Part shown: positions 13,363-34,578 of the stretch, piece after piece
How positions within the stretch are numbered: the first letter of the stretch is position 1
Layout of the letters: each line of letters opens with the position of its first letter
Source of the DNA: Klebsormidium nitens
Taxonomy: Eukaryota > Plantae > Klebsormidiophyceae
Assembly (NCBI GenBank): GCA_000708835.1
Contig: DF236976.1
Location: 287,291-351,290, forward strand
Direction of reading: 5' to 3'
Length of the DNA: 64,000 bases
Position numbers and translations under genes: made by a program
The notes under the pieces: generated by a model
Database searches by the model: none
What the model was told of the DNA's origin: nothing
The model's input: the letters and a program-made list of their open reading frames with translations, nothing else

Positions 13363-16110
13363 CTAACAACCTGCTTCCCTCGCTACCTCTTCCCTTGTTC
13401 CAAAGCACATGTCCCAAGAATCCTTGTACAGGTCAATCATTCCGCCGTCGGTCACTATGCCTTGACCCGTGATGAAGCACGAGTCAGGGCTGGCCAGAAA
13501 GACTGCCAAGTTTGCGATGTCATCAGGCGTAATATGACGGCCCCCGAAGCCCATTCCTCGGTCTACGAGGAATTGTCTGCGGCAGAAACAAAGTTGTCTT
13601 CGTGACTCGTGTTAATGTATACTGGGAGCCTTCGTCCAACGACCCTCTTGCAAGAAGTGAACATTGTACGCAAAGCGAGAGGCTTGCTTTCATTGAATTC
13701 TTGAAAGAAGCTGGTAGGAGTCTAATTTGATCTCTTGCTGCCGAAAGCGTGCTACTTCGAAACTCATTCGTCAGCAAGTCTCTCAAAGGGGTTCTCTCCC
13801 TTAGACTTGTATACGAACGCCTCTTTATGGCGGCCATTGGTCTGACGTATACATTGGAAGACAAAGTACAGAGATATTTTGGATGCTCGATAACATGCGA
13901 AGATCAAATTAGCCCGATCATTCGAGGAAGCTATTTTGGTTTACTTGCTGAACCGCTCGTCTGCTTTCTTGGAGGCAAGGCAAAATTCTAAGCATCATAA
14001 ACGACCAGATAAAAGGAAAGACAGAGCGTGGATTGGTATTCGGTCGCAAACAGCACGGCTTCAACCGGTTCACTCACCCGACCTGCTCATCCGTTTTATT
14101 GGCGTGCGTCTCCGGCCGGAGGGAGCGCGTGAGCGGGGTGACCACCGCCCCGGGCAGGATGCAGTTGACCCGGACGTTGTGCGCGCGCAGCTCGCGCGCG
14201 GTGCTCTGTGTGAGCCCCACCACGCCCGCCTTGGCGGCCGCGTAACTGCCGACGAAAGTCTTGATCACAGATTCTAAAGCGCGAGCAGTAAGGATGTGAG
14301 TAAGAGCATGTAAGCAGTAACATGCGCTATCTTTCAGGTCAAAATTCTTCAGACGCAGCACGTTCCTGCGATCAGTCTCTGAGCCGATCAACCGTTCCTC
14401 TCAAGTATTTGGATTGACCAGTGAACCGTCATCCGATCGCTGTTTTGAGTGATATAACAAATTTAAAAAAGTTCTCTGCCTAAAGCTTCTGTGCAAGTAT
14501 CTTGAGGGAGTACGCTTATATAGACATCCGGATTATAAAAACCTCTCTGGCCTTTGGGTGCGCACTTCCCTTCAGAATAGACACACGATAGCTGCCTGCG
14601 AGTTAAAGAGAGATTAGAACAGATCGATGGACAGGGACCGAAGGTAGTCGCAACAGACGACAATACAGCCCTGCCGCGATGCCCTCTCTGAAGTGACGTG
14701 CATTTTCACAACGTCCGTTCAAGCAACAAGCCCAATCGCCCGGGGCTTCTCACCCGTGCGGTCCCCGTCCCCCTGTCACCGCGACCACGCTTGCCGTGTT
14801 CAGAATGCACCCGGTTCCGCGCTCTTTCATCACCCGGGCTGCGTGCTTGATACCCAGGAACACAGAGCGCAGGTTGACGCCTAGACTGGCGTCAAAGTCC
14901 TCGGCACGTGCCTGGTCAATCGGGCCCCGCTCCCCGATGACGCCAGCATTGTTGAACATGACGTCGAGCCGTCCGTGGCGCGCGATCGCAGCGTCGACCG
15001 CGGCCGCGACGTCGGCCTCCTTGGTGACGTCACACCTGCGGGGCAGAGCACGGCACCTGATTGCAAGCGCTGAAAACAGATTGATGAAGTTTATGTTGGA
15101 CGAGTTGTTGTTAAACTTTATTGAGGTTCAAGGATTGAGTGGTAACAAACGGCGAGGGATGCCAGACTTGCTTTGAGTCCCATAGCGCTCCTCTTCTTAG
15201 GCGCTTCGCATGCTCCTCTGGTTTGAAAACAAAGACCGTGACGACTGCCCTGTTCCAAAACATACCATACGCGAAAGGTTTCAGAAATGCGCAAATACAA
15301 CGCGAGCAGACGCAAGCCTACCAGATCGGTCGTCTTCACAAGGAGTGACGATTTGGATCGACACGGAGACCAGCAGCCAATCAGACCCGGAATATGTTCA
15401 TCAGCACAGTTCACAGTCCCTGATAGAGCTGGGCGATAGCCGCACCTAACGAAAGTAACCGCCGGTCCCAGCTCCTTCGCAACCGCTTCCCCCAGCTCCA
15501 CCTGCCGATCCGCGATGATAACCTGGCACGCGCAACAAAGAGGGGGCCTTGCCGCGTCAGCACATCGAATCATATAATCTTTGCAGGTACCGAACAATGG
15601 ATCTTGATTTTCAAAAATGACTGTTTTGACGAATGCTATCGCCTTCAGATTGGTCTATCCATAGAAAACTACCATCCAAAAGGAAAAACACCCGTAATGA
15701 ACCAAGAAATTAAGACGGATTCTATGGATAAATTAGAGACCACAGCTGACGCCCTGCCTTGGAAACTTCTTTAAGCAGGCAGGTCGTCTCTGAGGTGCAC
15801 CGTCTATACATACTTCGACGGAAGCTTGATGTAAATTGCAGATTACTTCCTCATTGCCTGCCTTTCTGAGACATGACCCGCACGTTTGTGGACTCAGTCC
15901 TGCGCTTTTGATTCGGCCCGTTGTTTCCATGGCCGGCGGCTTCATCCTGTTGCAAGTTTTGACTTGGTTGCAAGCTCACAAGCCCAGATCTAGATCGAAG
16001 CCCACCTCGGCTCCATGCTCCACAAAGTTTTTGGCGGTACTCCGTTCGATACCGCTGGCGCCGCCTGTGATGACGCAGGCAAGGCCCTTAAGCCTTTGCG
16101 GTGTCGTCAT
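13363..16110 (-). CDS. Short-chain dehydrogenase/reductase, plant SDR110C (ABA2/momilactone-synthase-like) type, copy 1, 281 aa. Exons: 16110-16006, 15522-15446, 15035-14754, 14245-14078, 13576-13363
   Basis: Motifs: [10 protein letters not shown] (variant TGxxxGxG), [25 protein letters not shown] (YxxxK), [20 protein letters not shown]. All junctions are GT-AG and in frame. Confidence 0.88.
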
Positions 16111-17345
16111 GCCTTCGCCTGTCCGCAATGCTTGGACCCTATGGACTTTTCCTGCTTGTAATCAGAAGATGCCTTCTTGTGCTTTTTGGCCGGTTCTAAG
16201 CGACCGGTTTGCTCTTTTGCCTTTCGCCCCTTTGGGAAAAACCTTCGTCCCTGGCGCAAGGCCAAGGCTCAGTGTCCCCTGGTTTACCAAACCGAAGTGA
16301 CAGCTGCACGTACTACAGTAATCCTAGCTTCGAACGAACGAGAGCTAAACCCTCTGATAACAGTACCTCGTAGGTCGATTGTCAGCACTCTGATCTGTGT
16401 TCAGAATTCGTCATGCATGATTCTGACGTTGAAGTGGAAGCGGTCAGAAGCGGTGTCCCAATCGTCCATAAACAGTTGCAAACAGATAAGTTGCCGGGAA
16501 ATGCATGCACGCGTCAAATCAATTCACCTTGAGCAATGTCATGCAGTGACTCTAACCAATGATTGGCGACGCTTAGATAAGCGACATTTGCATGAGACGA
16601 GTTGCAAAAGCAAGATTTCTCCGCATCGAGCAGCTTTGGCAACTTAATTGTTCTTGCAGGGATTGCAAAGACATCACATGTGCCCAGCGGACCCTTCAAT
16701 CTGCATCGAGTCAGGCTAGCTGGCCGCCTTCATGCACATGGCTTGAGATTCAAACATACATCGTTCGGCATTAAGTATTACGCGAGACCTAGTTAGGGCC
16801 ATATGTGCCGCATGTTGAAAGTTGCCATTGCATCTTCGGTGACAATTGGCACGGTTCAAGGGCTTACATTGTATAGCTGCCATGGTGATCAAAGCCTAAA
16901 TGTCAAGAACTTCGCTCCTCAACTCCAAGCCCTCGCGGGTCGTCAGAATCTTCCGTGGCAATTGTTTAAGCAGTGCGTATGTATCCAGATTGACTGTGCT
17001 AGCTAGCTGTACGCTTCTCCTACTGTAGCTCCAACTCGTGCCCGTAAGGGTTCCTTTCCCGGCAAAGCGATCTACCGTCTCTGGACAGAACGAGTAGGTC
17101 TTCAACAGTAACACGTGGTCAGCTTTGATCCAACCGGTGAGCTGTGGACGGGTCTCTCTTCAATTTTAACATCGTATGCAAGCGTTGTCTACACTTCACG
17201 GCTCCCGAGCGGTCTTTCTCAACTCTCAATTTACACCCGACCTTTTTGGTCGGCCAGTATCTGCAAGCTCCTATCGCCCCATCAAAAATCACAGTACTTC
17301 TACGCCGCAACGAAAACAGTGACTTATTGCGTTGCTGCCCAAAGA

Positions 17346-20300
17346 CTACTTCTCGTCCCCTGTCGGGTGGCCCGTCTTTCCCGCCTCCCTCAAAACCTCC
17401 TGCTTCGAGCCAAACCACAAGTCCAGCGAATCCTTGTAAAGGTCGATGAATCCCCCGTCCACCGTGATTCCCTGCCCGGTGATGAAAAACGAGTCGGGGC
17501 TGGCCAGGAAGACGGCCAGATTGCCGATGTCGTCAGGAGTAATGTAACGGCCCCCAAAGCCCATTGTGCCTACCATTCCCTGGCTGCAATCAGGACGATA
17601 AGGCGGAGTTCGTAGAGAGAACGGCTGGAGTATCGCCATCGCATGTTATGAGTAAGGGATCGAAGACACAATGTCGACAAGCGCTTCGTGTGGTTCAAAC
17701 CTGGAAGCCTGCGAAAGTAACTCCTTAGCCGCTCCGGTTTATGCAGGAGCTCCCACCTTTCCAGCACAAGCTACTCACGCACTTCCAGCGAATGGGGAAA
17801 GCTCTCGTGCGAACGCAACATCTTAGCACCTGACCGTCTGTGTGACCGTCCCACAGAAGATAACTGTTTCTTCATTTCGTACAGACACGTAAGCTGCTCC
17901 TTCACATTCAAACGACGTCCCACTTTCGATAGCACCGTCTTCCTTCCAACATATCAAGGCCACATCCTGGCGCAAACAAAGGGAAGCAAGAAACGGTGAT
18001 AGAATCCCAGATTACGTCGTCCAATCTGCCCATCAAACGGTCCGCTCACCCGAGCTGCTCGTCCGTGAGCTTGACGTCCGGGTTCAGGGAGTGGATCAGC
18101 GGGGTGACCACCCCCCCGGGGAGGATGCAGTTCACGCGGATGCTGTGCGCCTGGAGCTCCGCCGCGGCGTTGCGAGTGAGCCCAACGATGGCCGCCTTGG
18201 AGGCAGCGTACCTGAGGGGGGTTCGAGAAAAGGGGTCAGATAATTGGGTTTCGCCAGGGCAGATCTGTTGCGTTGGAGAAGTGCGAAGAGAGTGGAGAAC
18301 AGCTTTCAAGATGGGCTGCGAAGAAATTATCATCTGGAAGCTCACAACGTAGTGACAGGTTTTTGAAGTAAATCCTCCCGCGTGAATCCAGCGGGCTCCG
18401 GCCCCCGAAAATTGCTATTCGAGAGGTCTAATACCAAGACGTCGCTCTAGGCCCCTGTTCTACGAACCGAGATAAGAGTAAAACGGCTTCTCTCATGCTT
18501 GGTGTCATTGTTCGTCCGATGCCGACAAACTCGGCGGAATCAAAAAGAACTCATGAGCTGCGCTTGGCAGGCATCTTCAGCTTGGAGAAAACAAAACCAG
18601 AGCCCTGAAGTAAACGTCTTCTATTTTCGGGTGTGTTCGGCAACCTGCCAGTACATTCCTCATGTCCATCTCCGTCTTCTAGAACTCGAACCTAGGTGTC
18701 GGGCGTAATCGGAAGCTTCGTGCCTGAAGCTTCGTGCCGCGTGCTTCGTGCCTCGTGCCTCGAAGCTTCGTGCCTCAAGCTGGGGAAGCAAAGAATTTCG
18801 ATCACTCCCAATTTTGTCCCGTGGGAATCTGATCTTTCTCCGCGCATCTGAAGGTTCAAACTCATGTCCTTTCACGTTCCTCACCCATGCGGGCCAATGC
18901 CCCCGGCAATCGCCGCAACGCTCGCCGTACTCAGAATGCAGCCCGTTTTCCGCTCCTTCATCACTCTTGCCGCATGCTTCATCCCCAAAAACACGGACCG
19001 CAGGTTGACGTTCAGCGTGAAGTCGAAGTCCTCCACTTTCGCCTGATCGATCGGACCCCGCTCGCCAACAATTCCTGCATTGTTGTACATGATGTCTAGC
19101 TTCCCGTGTTGCTTGACGGCCGCATCGACGGCGGCGGCGATGTCATCCTCCTTTGTGACGTCACACCTGGGGGTTTTAGAGATTGCTTTTGAGCGGTTAG
19201 AACGTTCGCCGGGCTCGATCGTGGAGTCAGATTGGAGTCAGATTGGTCGGGACTGACGAGAAAAGGGAAGAGCTACAGACTACAGTCAGACGACGATAGG
19301 ACGGTGCTTCTGCGTTCTGGATTATATCTGAGAGTGTTCAGAATGTTGTGAGACCGCGAAGAATTTGGCTTCAAATCGCAAGAACCTAATGAATTGGAAC
19401 CTTTAGCATAAACCGTTCCGGCGAATTGATTGGTTCAGGCCACAACAATTGACCGGATTGGAAGGGACAGCGATGTTTGGTCTCCCCTGCAGCGCCACAC
19501 CTACTGGAGGCTCCAAAAAGTCAAGGACTCATTTTGAGGACACAGCGATAACGTCAGCCTTTTGGGACATACGCCAGAGGGGTTTTCGAGGGCGTTGTAA
19601 GGCAATTGAGGTGCTTGATGCCCTGGACGTTCGAGCTTTTTAAGGGCAGGACTGGGCACCGTCTCTTTGAAAACGTTCAAGGAGAAGTTGTGTAGAAGCA
19701 GTGGACTGAAGTTTTCAAAACCCCGCCGAAGCTGTGGACACAATTCCACATACAGAGACGTGGACCTACCAGATCTGCTCTAGCACCTTGGCACCATCTC
19801 AAGCCTGAAGAGTGTGTGCCGAAAAAGGAGGGAGTTTATGCGAAAGGAAAACACAGCTTAAGCAACCTACATGGACGAAATCCGAGCTAAGGAGGTTCAA
19901 ATCCACTTGAGGTGTTGCGAACCAGGTTTGCCCGTGCTTATAAGCGTCGCCACTCCAAAGCAGCCACCGATAGAAGTATCCCACAAACAAGATTGATATC
20001 TTCAGGCTTCAGCTAGCGGAGTGGCCTGGAGACAACGGACACTTACTTGACGAACGACGCTGCGGATCCGAGCTCCTTCACAACAGCCTCCCCAAGCTCT
20101 ACTTGTCGATCAGCAACGATGACCTGGCAGACATGGACCAGTTGAGAATCTATTTTTGCCATGGAGAGACTTGTGTGGGAGATATTTGCAGAAATAGATT
20201 CATGAGGTTTCTCAAATCCATGTGAAGATGACCCAAATCTTTTCAGCTTTCGAAAAGCTGAAAAGAGTATGTTCAGGTCTATTTCTGTAAGAGAGACAAG

Positions 20301-21029
20301 TGTGTATGAGGAGATTATTGAAAAGCAGTGACAGCGACAGATAGAATTGTAATTTGAAATACGAAATTGATATTTTAAATGGAGAAAGCTCTTCACATAG
20401 CGAAGGCAGCCTAAGACACTTGAGCAAAGCATGTGTTGCAAAACATCCTGACACCGTCATCAAGAGGAATTTGAAGCTCAGAAGAAAGAGGCACTTCTGC
20501 ACAGGCCCTAGCAGTATATTTCTGGAACAAGCTCTTCAGCCAGAGGAGATTTGCCCAAAGAATTAATAATTAAGCCTATGCATTGAAACTTTTCATTGCA
20601 CTGACGGGTGCCTTCCAGTTGCAACTGAACTCATTGTTGAATGGTCACTCCCAAGTACAGCCTTCTGCAGCATCTAAGATCATGGGAGTTGTGCTCGAGC
20701 TTCAGACAATGGAAGGGGCAAACATATCATATGGGCACAAGGGGATAGTAAGATTTGGGGGGGATCAAATGTTCAGTGACATCTGCGTCCATTGGAACTT
20801 GGCGTCTGCACCACCCTGAGCTCCGTTGAAAGGCATTCAAAATTTGATTGCGCCAAAGGTCACCATGATTGCACCGAAGGTCACCATAAAAGCGCAAGGC
20901 AGATGGCGAGGTTTTCCTCACCTTGGCCCCATTCTCGACGAACTTTTTGGCGGTGCTCCGCCCAATGCCGCTGGCTGCGCCTGTGATGACGCTGACCAGC
21001 CCCTGCAGTCTTCCTGCGGTGGCCGCCAT
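17346..21029 (-). CDS. Short-chain dehydrogenase/reductase, SDR110C type, copy 2, 288 aa. Exons: 21029-20922, 20123-20047, 19166-18885, 18211-18050, 17583-17346
   Basis: Canonical [47 protein letters not shown]. Intron positions and phases are identical to copy 1 (exons 2 and 3 are 77 and 282 bp in both), indicating a tandem duplication. Confidence 0.92.
18712..18781. repeat. Short tandem repeat of (GAAG)CTTCGTGCC(T) in an SDR copy 2 intron
   Basis: gaagcttcgtgcct gaagcttcgtgccgc gtgcttcgtgcctc gtgcctc gaagcttcgtgcctc aagct, seen directly. Confidence 0.8.
20846..20887. repeat. 21-bp tandem duplication in SDR copy 2 intron 1
   Basis: gattgcgccaaaggtcaccat / gattgcaccgaaggtcaccat. Confidence 0.75.
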
Positions 21030-21621
21030 GATTGGTCTTCGTACCTTTTCGAAAAGCTTAATCCCAGCTTGAAGAGGGCAATGCGGAGAGAGGAGGGATA
21101 ACCGATACAAAAAGGGCATAAAGAAGGCCTCCGTTTCAGCTCATTTCAAGCTCATTCCAAGTCGGCCGTATGCAATGAGAAGGGAGCAGCTTCAGGAATG
21201 CAACGTTCGACTTGTCCAAAAAGAGGGAGAACAGAAGCATAGGTCATGATAGGTACGCTTTTCAGCCATTGGCGTTGGTCCTTTTTGTCTGACGTCTATT
21301 TTGCGAGCTTCGCGGAGAGGCTGACGTCAGGACGCTTCGCCACTTGGCGGGCTGTCATTCGGTGCATGGCTTTTTTAGCCTGCCACGTAGGATCTTGCCC
21401 ATTGGCATGATGATGATCGAGAAAAAGTCACCAACGAGTCCGTTATTTGCGTTAATCTGCTCATGCAACTTTGCAATTTGTAAGTTGCAGTGCTAGCAGC
21501 AGCTTGTGTTCAGGTGGGCCAGGAAGAATACTGCAGGCTGCAGGGAGGGCGGAAGCAATTCTTGGGTTGTTTGGGGTTGCTTGGATCCCCATCAGGCGAC
21601 TTGCTCGTGTGACTTCAAAGA
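21030..21621. promoter_or_regulatory. Divergent (head-to-head) intergenic region of SDR copy 2 and LACS, with bZIP-type sites
   Basis: 592 bp between the two ATGs. TGACGTCA palindrome at 21322-21329 and GCCACGT (reverse complement of the ABRE core ACGTGGC) at 21382-21388. Function is inferred only. Confidence 0.4.
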
Positions 21622-29854
<8,233 letters not shown>

Positions 29855-31233
29855 AGCGGCGTAGGTTAGACAGGAATCAAGACGTTTGGTCTTTTGAGCA
29901 GGCTAGACTAAAGTTTTTGGTCGATAAGGCAGCAAACGCCATTAAGGCTGTTTAAGCATGAGTAATTACTTGTGTCACGGAGGTATAGCATTGGCAGTAT
30001 GGCAGCGGCACCCCTTGTACTGACCTGCAACTGCGCGCCACATTTTGTTCAACAAGCGACCTGGCACGCATGGAAGCTCGACTACAGGACCCGGCTTGCT
30101 CAGCCAACATATGCACGCTTTCCCAGTGTATGTTGGAAGGCCGGCACACCGTACAAAATCATGCACATAGAAGATTTGCCCATACATGCGAGGTCTTACA
30201 GTCGTACGTGCATGCCTCCTCCATGCCGGCGGCCAATATAAAGCCGTGGGTAGTAAAGCCGGGGCTTATGGCATGGAAGTTTCCCTGTTGTTAAAAGCTT
30301 GTCCGACCTATATCTGCTCATGTTCTGATTACGGTATGTGTATGTGTATAATCAGTGGCTGCTGCTGGTGTAAGTTCTCTTTTCAAACGCCGTAGCCACA
30401 TGGGCCATGGGCTTCCATGGCATACAGATCAGTGCAGCTGCTTGTTTCAGTAGGCTTAGTGACAAGCCCCAGCTGTCAACTTGACAACAAGTGCACACCA
30501 CGTCCTACGGACGCGGACCATGTCGTTCAATCTGTGCATGCACCCAAACTGCAGCTGGATCGCTTGGCCGATATGCAGTCAGAGCCTGCGCGCCGGCTCG
30601 CAATCCATTCACACTGCATACCTATGTACGTACTATTGAACATATACTATGCGGGCCCCAAGGCCGCCGCAATCTGAGCCTCCAGGCAATCATGAGATTG
30701 TACGTAAGTAATCGGCTTGGCTCCGTGTGCAACATGTATTGGCTGTAAAATATCATGATGTCAACTAGAGCCAGTGTCGCGCAAACCCGAATTTATAGAA
30801 CTACTTTCTTTGAGCATGCACATGCTGAAGGCCTTACTTGCGACATGTGAGCAACGCGCGGTCACCCGCACGTGGGGCGCACAAAACTGCCAATCTGAGC
30901 ATCAGTTCTGTATACCCGCATCGATTGGTTTTGGTTGAGTGGATCTTCGTGGACGCATGATTATTCAGTTGTGTGAAGCAACGTACACTTAATCATCCGG
31001 AAACGTGCTGAGATGCGCAATTCAGAGGCCAGTGATAGGCTAAGCTTGGCACAGTATATATGCACGTGGTGTCAGCGATTGAACCTAGGATTGAGCTCGT
31101 GTAAGAAAGCAATTGGTACAGGGCAGTTGTCCTAGCAAGGAAGGCGCTGACTTTACCTAGTTCGCATTGGGCCGCCTTCGCTACAAGAATTGTAATTGAA
31201 GTAGTGCAAGCAAGCAGGGCATCATACCAAGAC

Positions 31234-32295
31234 CTATCCAGTGATCATCGTACCTCGCCCCTCGTCCGTCAAGACTTCAAGCAACAAAGAGTGCGGCAGC
31301 CTCCCGTCGATGATATGTGTCGCCTTGACCCCCTGCGCGAGCGACCGAACACAGCAATCCACCTTTGGAATCATTCCCCCTGACACAACGCCGTCGGCAA
31401 TCAGCTGCTTCACGCCCTTGATGCTCACTTGGTGAACGATCGTGCTCGGGTCCTTGAAATCCATCATCAACCCAGGGACATCCGTCATCAGAATGAGCTT
31501 CTCCGCCCCCAGGCTTGCTGCAATCTCGCCCGCCGCCGTGTCCGCATTGATGTTGTACGACTGTCCGGTCTCGTCCGCAGCAACGGACGCAATCACTGGG
31601 ATGTGCCCGTCCCTAACCAGAGTGTTTAAGATACTCACGTCCACCCGTTTCACCTCCCCTACGAAGCCCCACTCGCCGCCCCCCTCCGGCCGCGCCGTGA
31701 TCAACTTTGCGTCCTTTCCACACAAGCCCACGGCACTCCCCCCCGCCTGGTTCATTAACGACACGAGCGACTTGTTCACCTTGCCCGTCAGTACCATCTC
31801 CACCACTTCCATCGTCGGACCGTCGGTGACCCTCAGCCCCTGCTTGAAGACGGGCTCGATCCCCAGCTTCTGCAGCCACCCGTTGATCTCGGGACCCCCC
31901 CCATGCACAAGCACCGGCCGCAGCCCCACGCAGGCGAGCAGAACGACGTCCTTAATCACGCCCTCCTTCAGGCTCTCGTCCTTCATCGCCGCCCCCCCAT
32001 ACTTGATCACCACCGTCTTGTTCTGGAACCGCTGGATGAACGGGAGCGCCTCCGAGAGGACGTCGACTCTCGACAGCCGGTCAGCGGAGACTGGCGCGGT
32101 TGCTGTGCACTGGGGGGGGGTAAATCGAGGCTTGGAGGAGGGGGGTGAACAGCGGGAGAGACTGGGGAACGTCCACCGGGCGTGCTTGGAAAGGAGAGAG
32201 GGGGCTGCAGATTGTGCGCCAGCCAGGGGGGTGGAGGCTAGGGAGGAGGGAGGTGCGAGGGCGCAGCTAGGTCGCAGAGCCAGAGAGGCGGCCAT
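31234..32295 (-). CDS. NAGK: Plastid N-acetylglutamate kinase precursor, single exon, 353 aa
   Basis: Ser/Pro/Ala-rich transit peptide followed by [89 protein letters not shown] (ArgB family). The start was taken at MAASL. Confidence 0.97.
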   Translation of the reverse strand: MAASLALRPSCALAPPSSLASTPLAGAQSAAPSLLSKHARWTFPSLSRCSPPSSKPRFTPPQCTATAPVSADRLSRVDVLSEALPFIQRFQNKTVVIKYGGAAMKDESLKEGVIKDVVLLACVGLRPVLVHGGGPEINGWLQKLGIEPVFKQGLRVTDGPTMEVVEMVLTGKVNKSLVSLMNQAGGSAVGLCGKDAKLITARPEGGGEWGFVGEVKRVDVSILNTLVRDGHIPVIASVAADETGQSYNINADTAAGEIAASLGAEKLILMTDVPGLMMDFKDPSTIVHQVSIKGVKQLIADGVVSGGMIPKVDCCVRSLAQGVKATHIIDGRLPHSLLLEVLTDEGRGTMITG

Positions 32296-34578
32296 GCTAG
32301 GAGCTCCTACTTCCACAAAAGCCCTGCACAGACAGATCTTGTGGTCAGGGAGAGACAGTGACTCAGCACCATCAGCAGATTGCCAGCTTAGATGCTCTGG
32401 AGACTTTATTGCCAATGAAGACAACAACCGATTGGCAGAAAATGTCGTTGATGATGCGTCAACTTGCTCAGCAGCCTAGCTTCAGATGTTGACACTGTAG
32501 CTCAGCCCCAGTTGAGTTGCTCAATGCTCATAGTAATTTTGAGGCCCATAATGATTGTGTTCTGAAGCCCCCTGTCAGCTCAGTGTATGGGGGTTACCAA
32601 CTGATACACCAGAAGAGTATCATATTTCCTTCAGTACAAGATCGCCGCATCTGCTGAGGACTACTTGGTTGATGTGGATGGGCAACTCTTTAGGCAGCTG
32701 GACCCAACACATCCAAACGGTTACGCGTTGTCAAACTTCAAACTCCTTAGGAAGATCTTCTAGACAGCATCTCGGAACTACGCGAGCTGTGTCACACGCA
32801 AGAGGTCAAGGCTTTCCAAAGTTCACAAACAGCATAGAGCGTTCAGATGAAGAGTTGGTGGCAATCCAGAAGTATTAGAGATCCTCGGGATATGTTACTA
32901 CTTCCAGCCTCATTGAGTACAGACACGAATGAACTTTGCAAGTTCACATTCCCCGATTCAGAAGGCTGGCAAACCCAAGTCAAGAAGGATGTGAAGGATC
33001 AAACTGAGAATTTTAGCTGGGGAGCCATAATGGAAACTTGCAAAAGACTCCTTGCTATCTATCAATCAATCACATGTGCTACCATAGAAATGACACGAAA
33101 CACTCAGGTCACGGAAAAAGACAAGCACAGAACTTTGAGCAAGACAATCGGTGCAATCTAATCTAACAATACCCGCAATGCTCTGCAAATTGAGATCATT
33201 GCAAGGATGCTTCCATCGCTCACCTGCCAAGGCTTTTGGTGAATTGGCTGATGCTCCCTTCCGACACTTAAAACTAGGATCTACCAATAACGGCGCAGCT
33301 AGAGAAAGTTTCTTTGAGATTGCGAAGATGACTCCCGAGTGCCTATCTGCTACTGGAAAGCTCGCCCTGCCACAGAAACACAGCAGCTAGAAATGGCCCT
33401 TTTCTCTCGGCCTGAACTCCTGACAAACATCCAAATTAATTTCAGCGCCACCAACATTGTGATTTGCATTACTCGGAAGCTCCTCCCTATTCCGCGCTCC
33501 ACCATGTTGGCCGCGCGCTTTTCACTGTCTCCCTGTGCGCGCACCTGCGCGCACAGGCTGCAGCTTTCCTGTTTGATCCATGGTTCCGTCGCTGATCAGC
33601 ATTCTTTCCGGGTTTCACGGGGCAGCTTTCCAGCACATTGCTAGATTTCGAGTCTCTTCTCCTTGCACTGGTAGACTGGTTGCAGAGCGTCTTCTGAGGA
33701 CTTGGCTGTTTGAAAGATCTTCCCCTGCGCCTGAGAGCATTGGCAATAGAAGCTTTGACGGTGGCCTTGGAAACGTGCACGTGGCGCCCTTGAAGTGGAT
33801 ACGAGTTCCTTTTTGAAGCTGGTATGTGTCACGGTGATACATTCTTCTGTACATTGCGAAATTCAACTCAGTTGGCCGTTACGTTCCTGAATCCCATGCA
33901 ATTGCAGATTCTAATGAAGTTTTAAGGTGGTGATATCTTCCAAGAGCGATGCCAATCAGATACATGAGCGGAGAATGTGTATCACTCTAACCAGATGTTT
34001 GAAATCAGTGCAACTCTTTTTATTGAAGAAAAGGTGGTGGTCTGTGATTAAATCATTTCATAGGCCAGCATTTTGCTAGCACCCCGTAAAGTTATCAAGT
34101 ATGGCCGTCGTTCTGGCGCTTAGTGTGCCGTAGGTGGTGTAAGTTTGGGTCCCAGGAAGTGGTGTCAAGAAAGGGGGATTTCAGATATCTAATGTTGATT
34201 CTGTATTATACCTAACCCGATTCAATTTGTTGCTGTTCAAGGGTAGTGTCTGATTGACGTCGATAAGACGAGTGTCATGGAGAATAATGGCTCAGCGGCA
34301 GGTCACTTACTGAATTGGTCAGCGGTCAGCATTCGCTTTGTCAGAAAGTACAGCTCAGCTTAGAGGGCGCCCTGCCAATTGGCGGTGCTTGTGTGCTCGT
34401 CATAGCTGTGTGATTGCTATTTTTGTGCTTTGACAAGGGCCGGAAAGTTGCCAAAGTGGTAACACGTGTTCGTTGTCAGACGTGTGTTCTTATCTCAGCC
34501 TTTGCAGGGGGTTCTAGGCGCGCCAACCACGCAACAGGAGATATTAGAAGCAGGAAGGCAAGCGAAGGTTGTCTTGAG

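Noticed and set aside
31234-32295. Intronless NAGK as a possible retrocopy
   Set aside because: No poly(A) remnant or TSD is seen, XPO4 and the RING gene also have exons over 1 kb, and I recall plant NAGK being intronless or intron-poor.
31442-32479. 345-aa plus-strand ORF overlapping NAGK
   Set aside because: Antisense shadow of a GC-rich coding sequence with no recognisable motifs. The same applies to the long opposite-strand ORFs over the RING gene (46382-47512, 47850-48536, 49720-50322).
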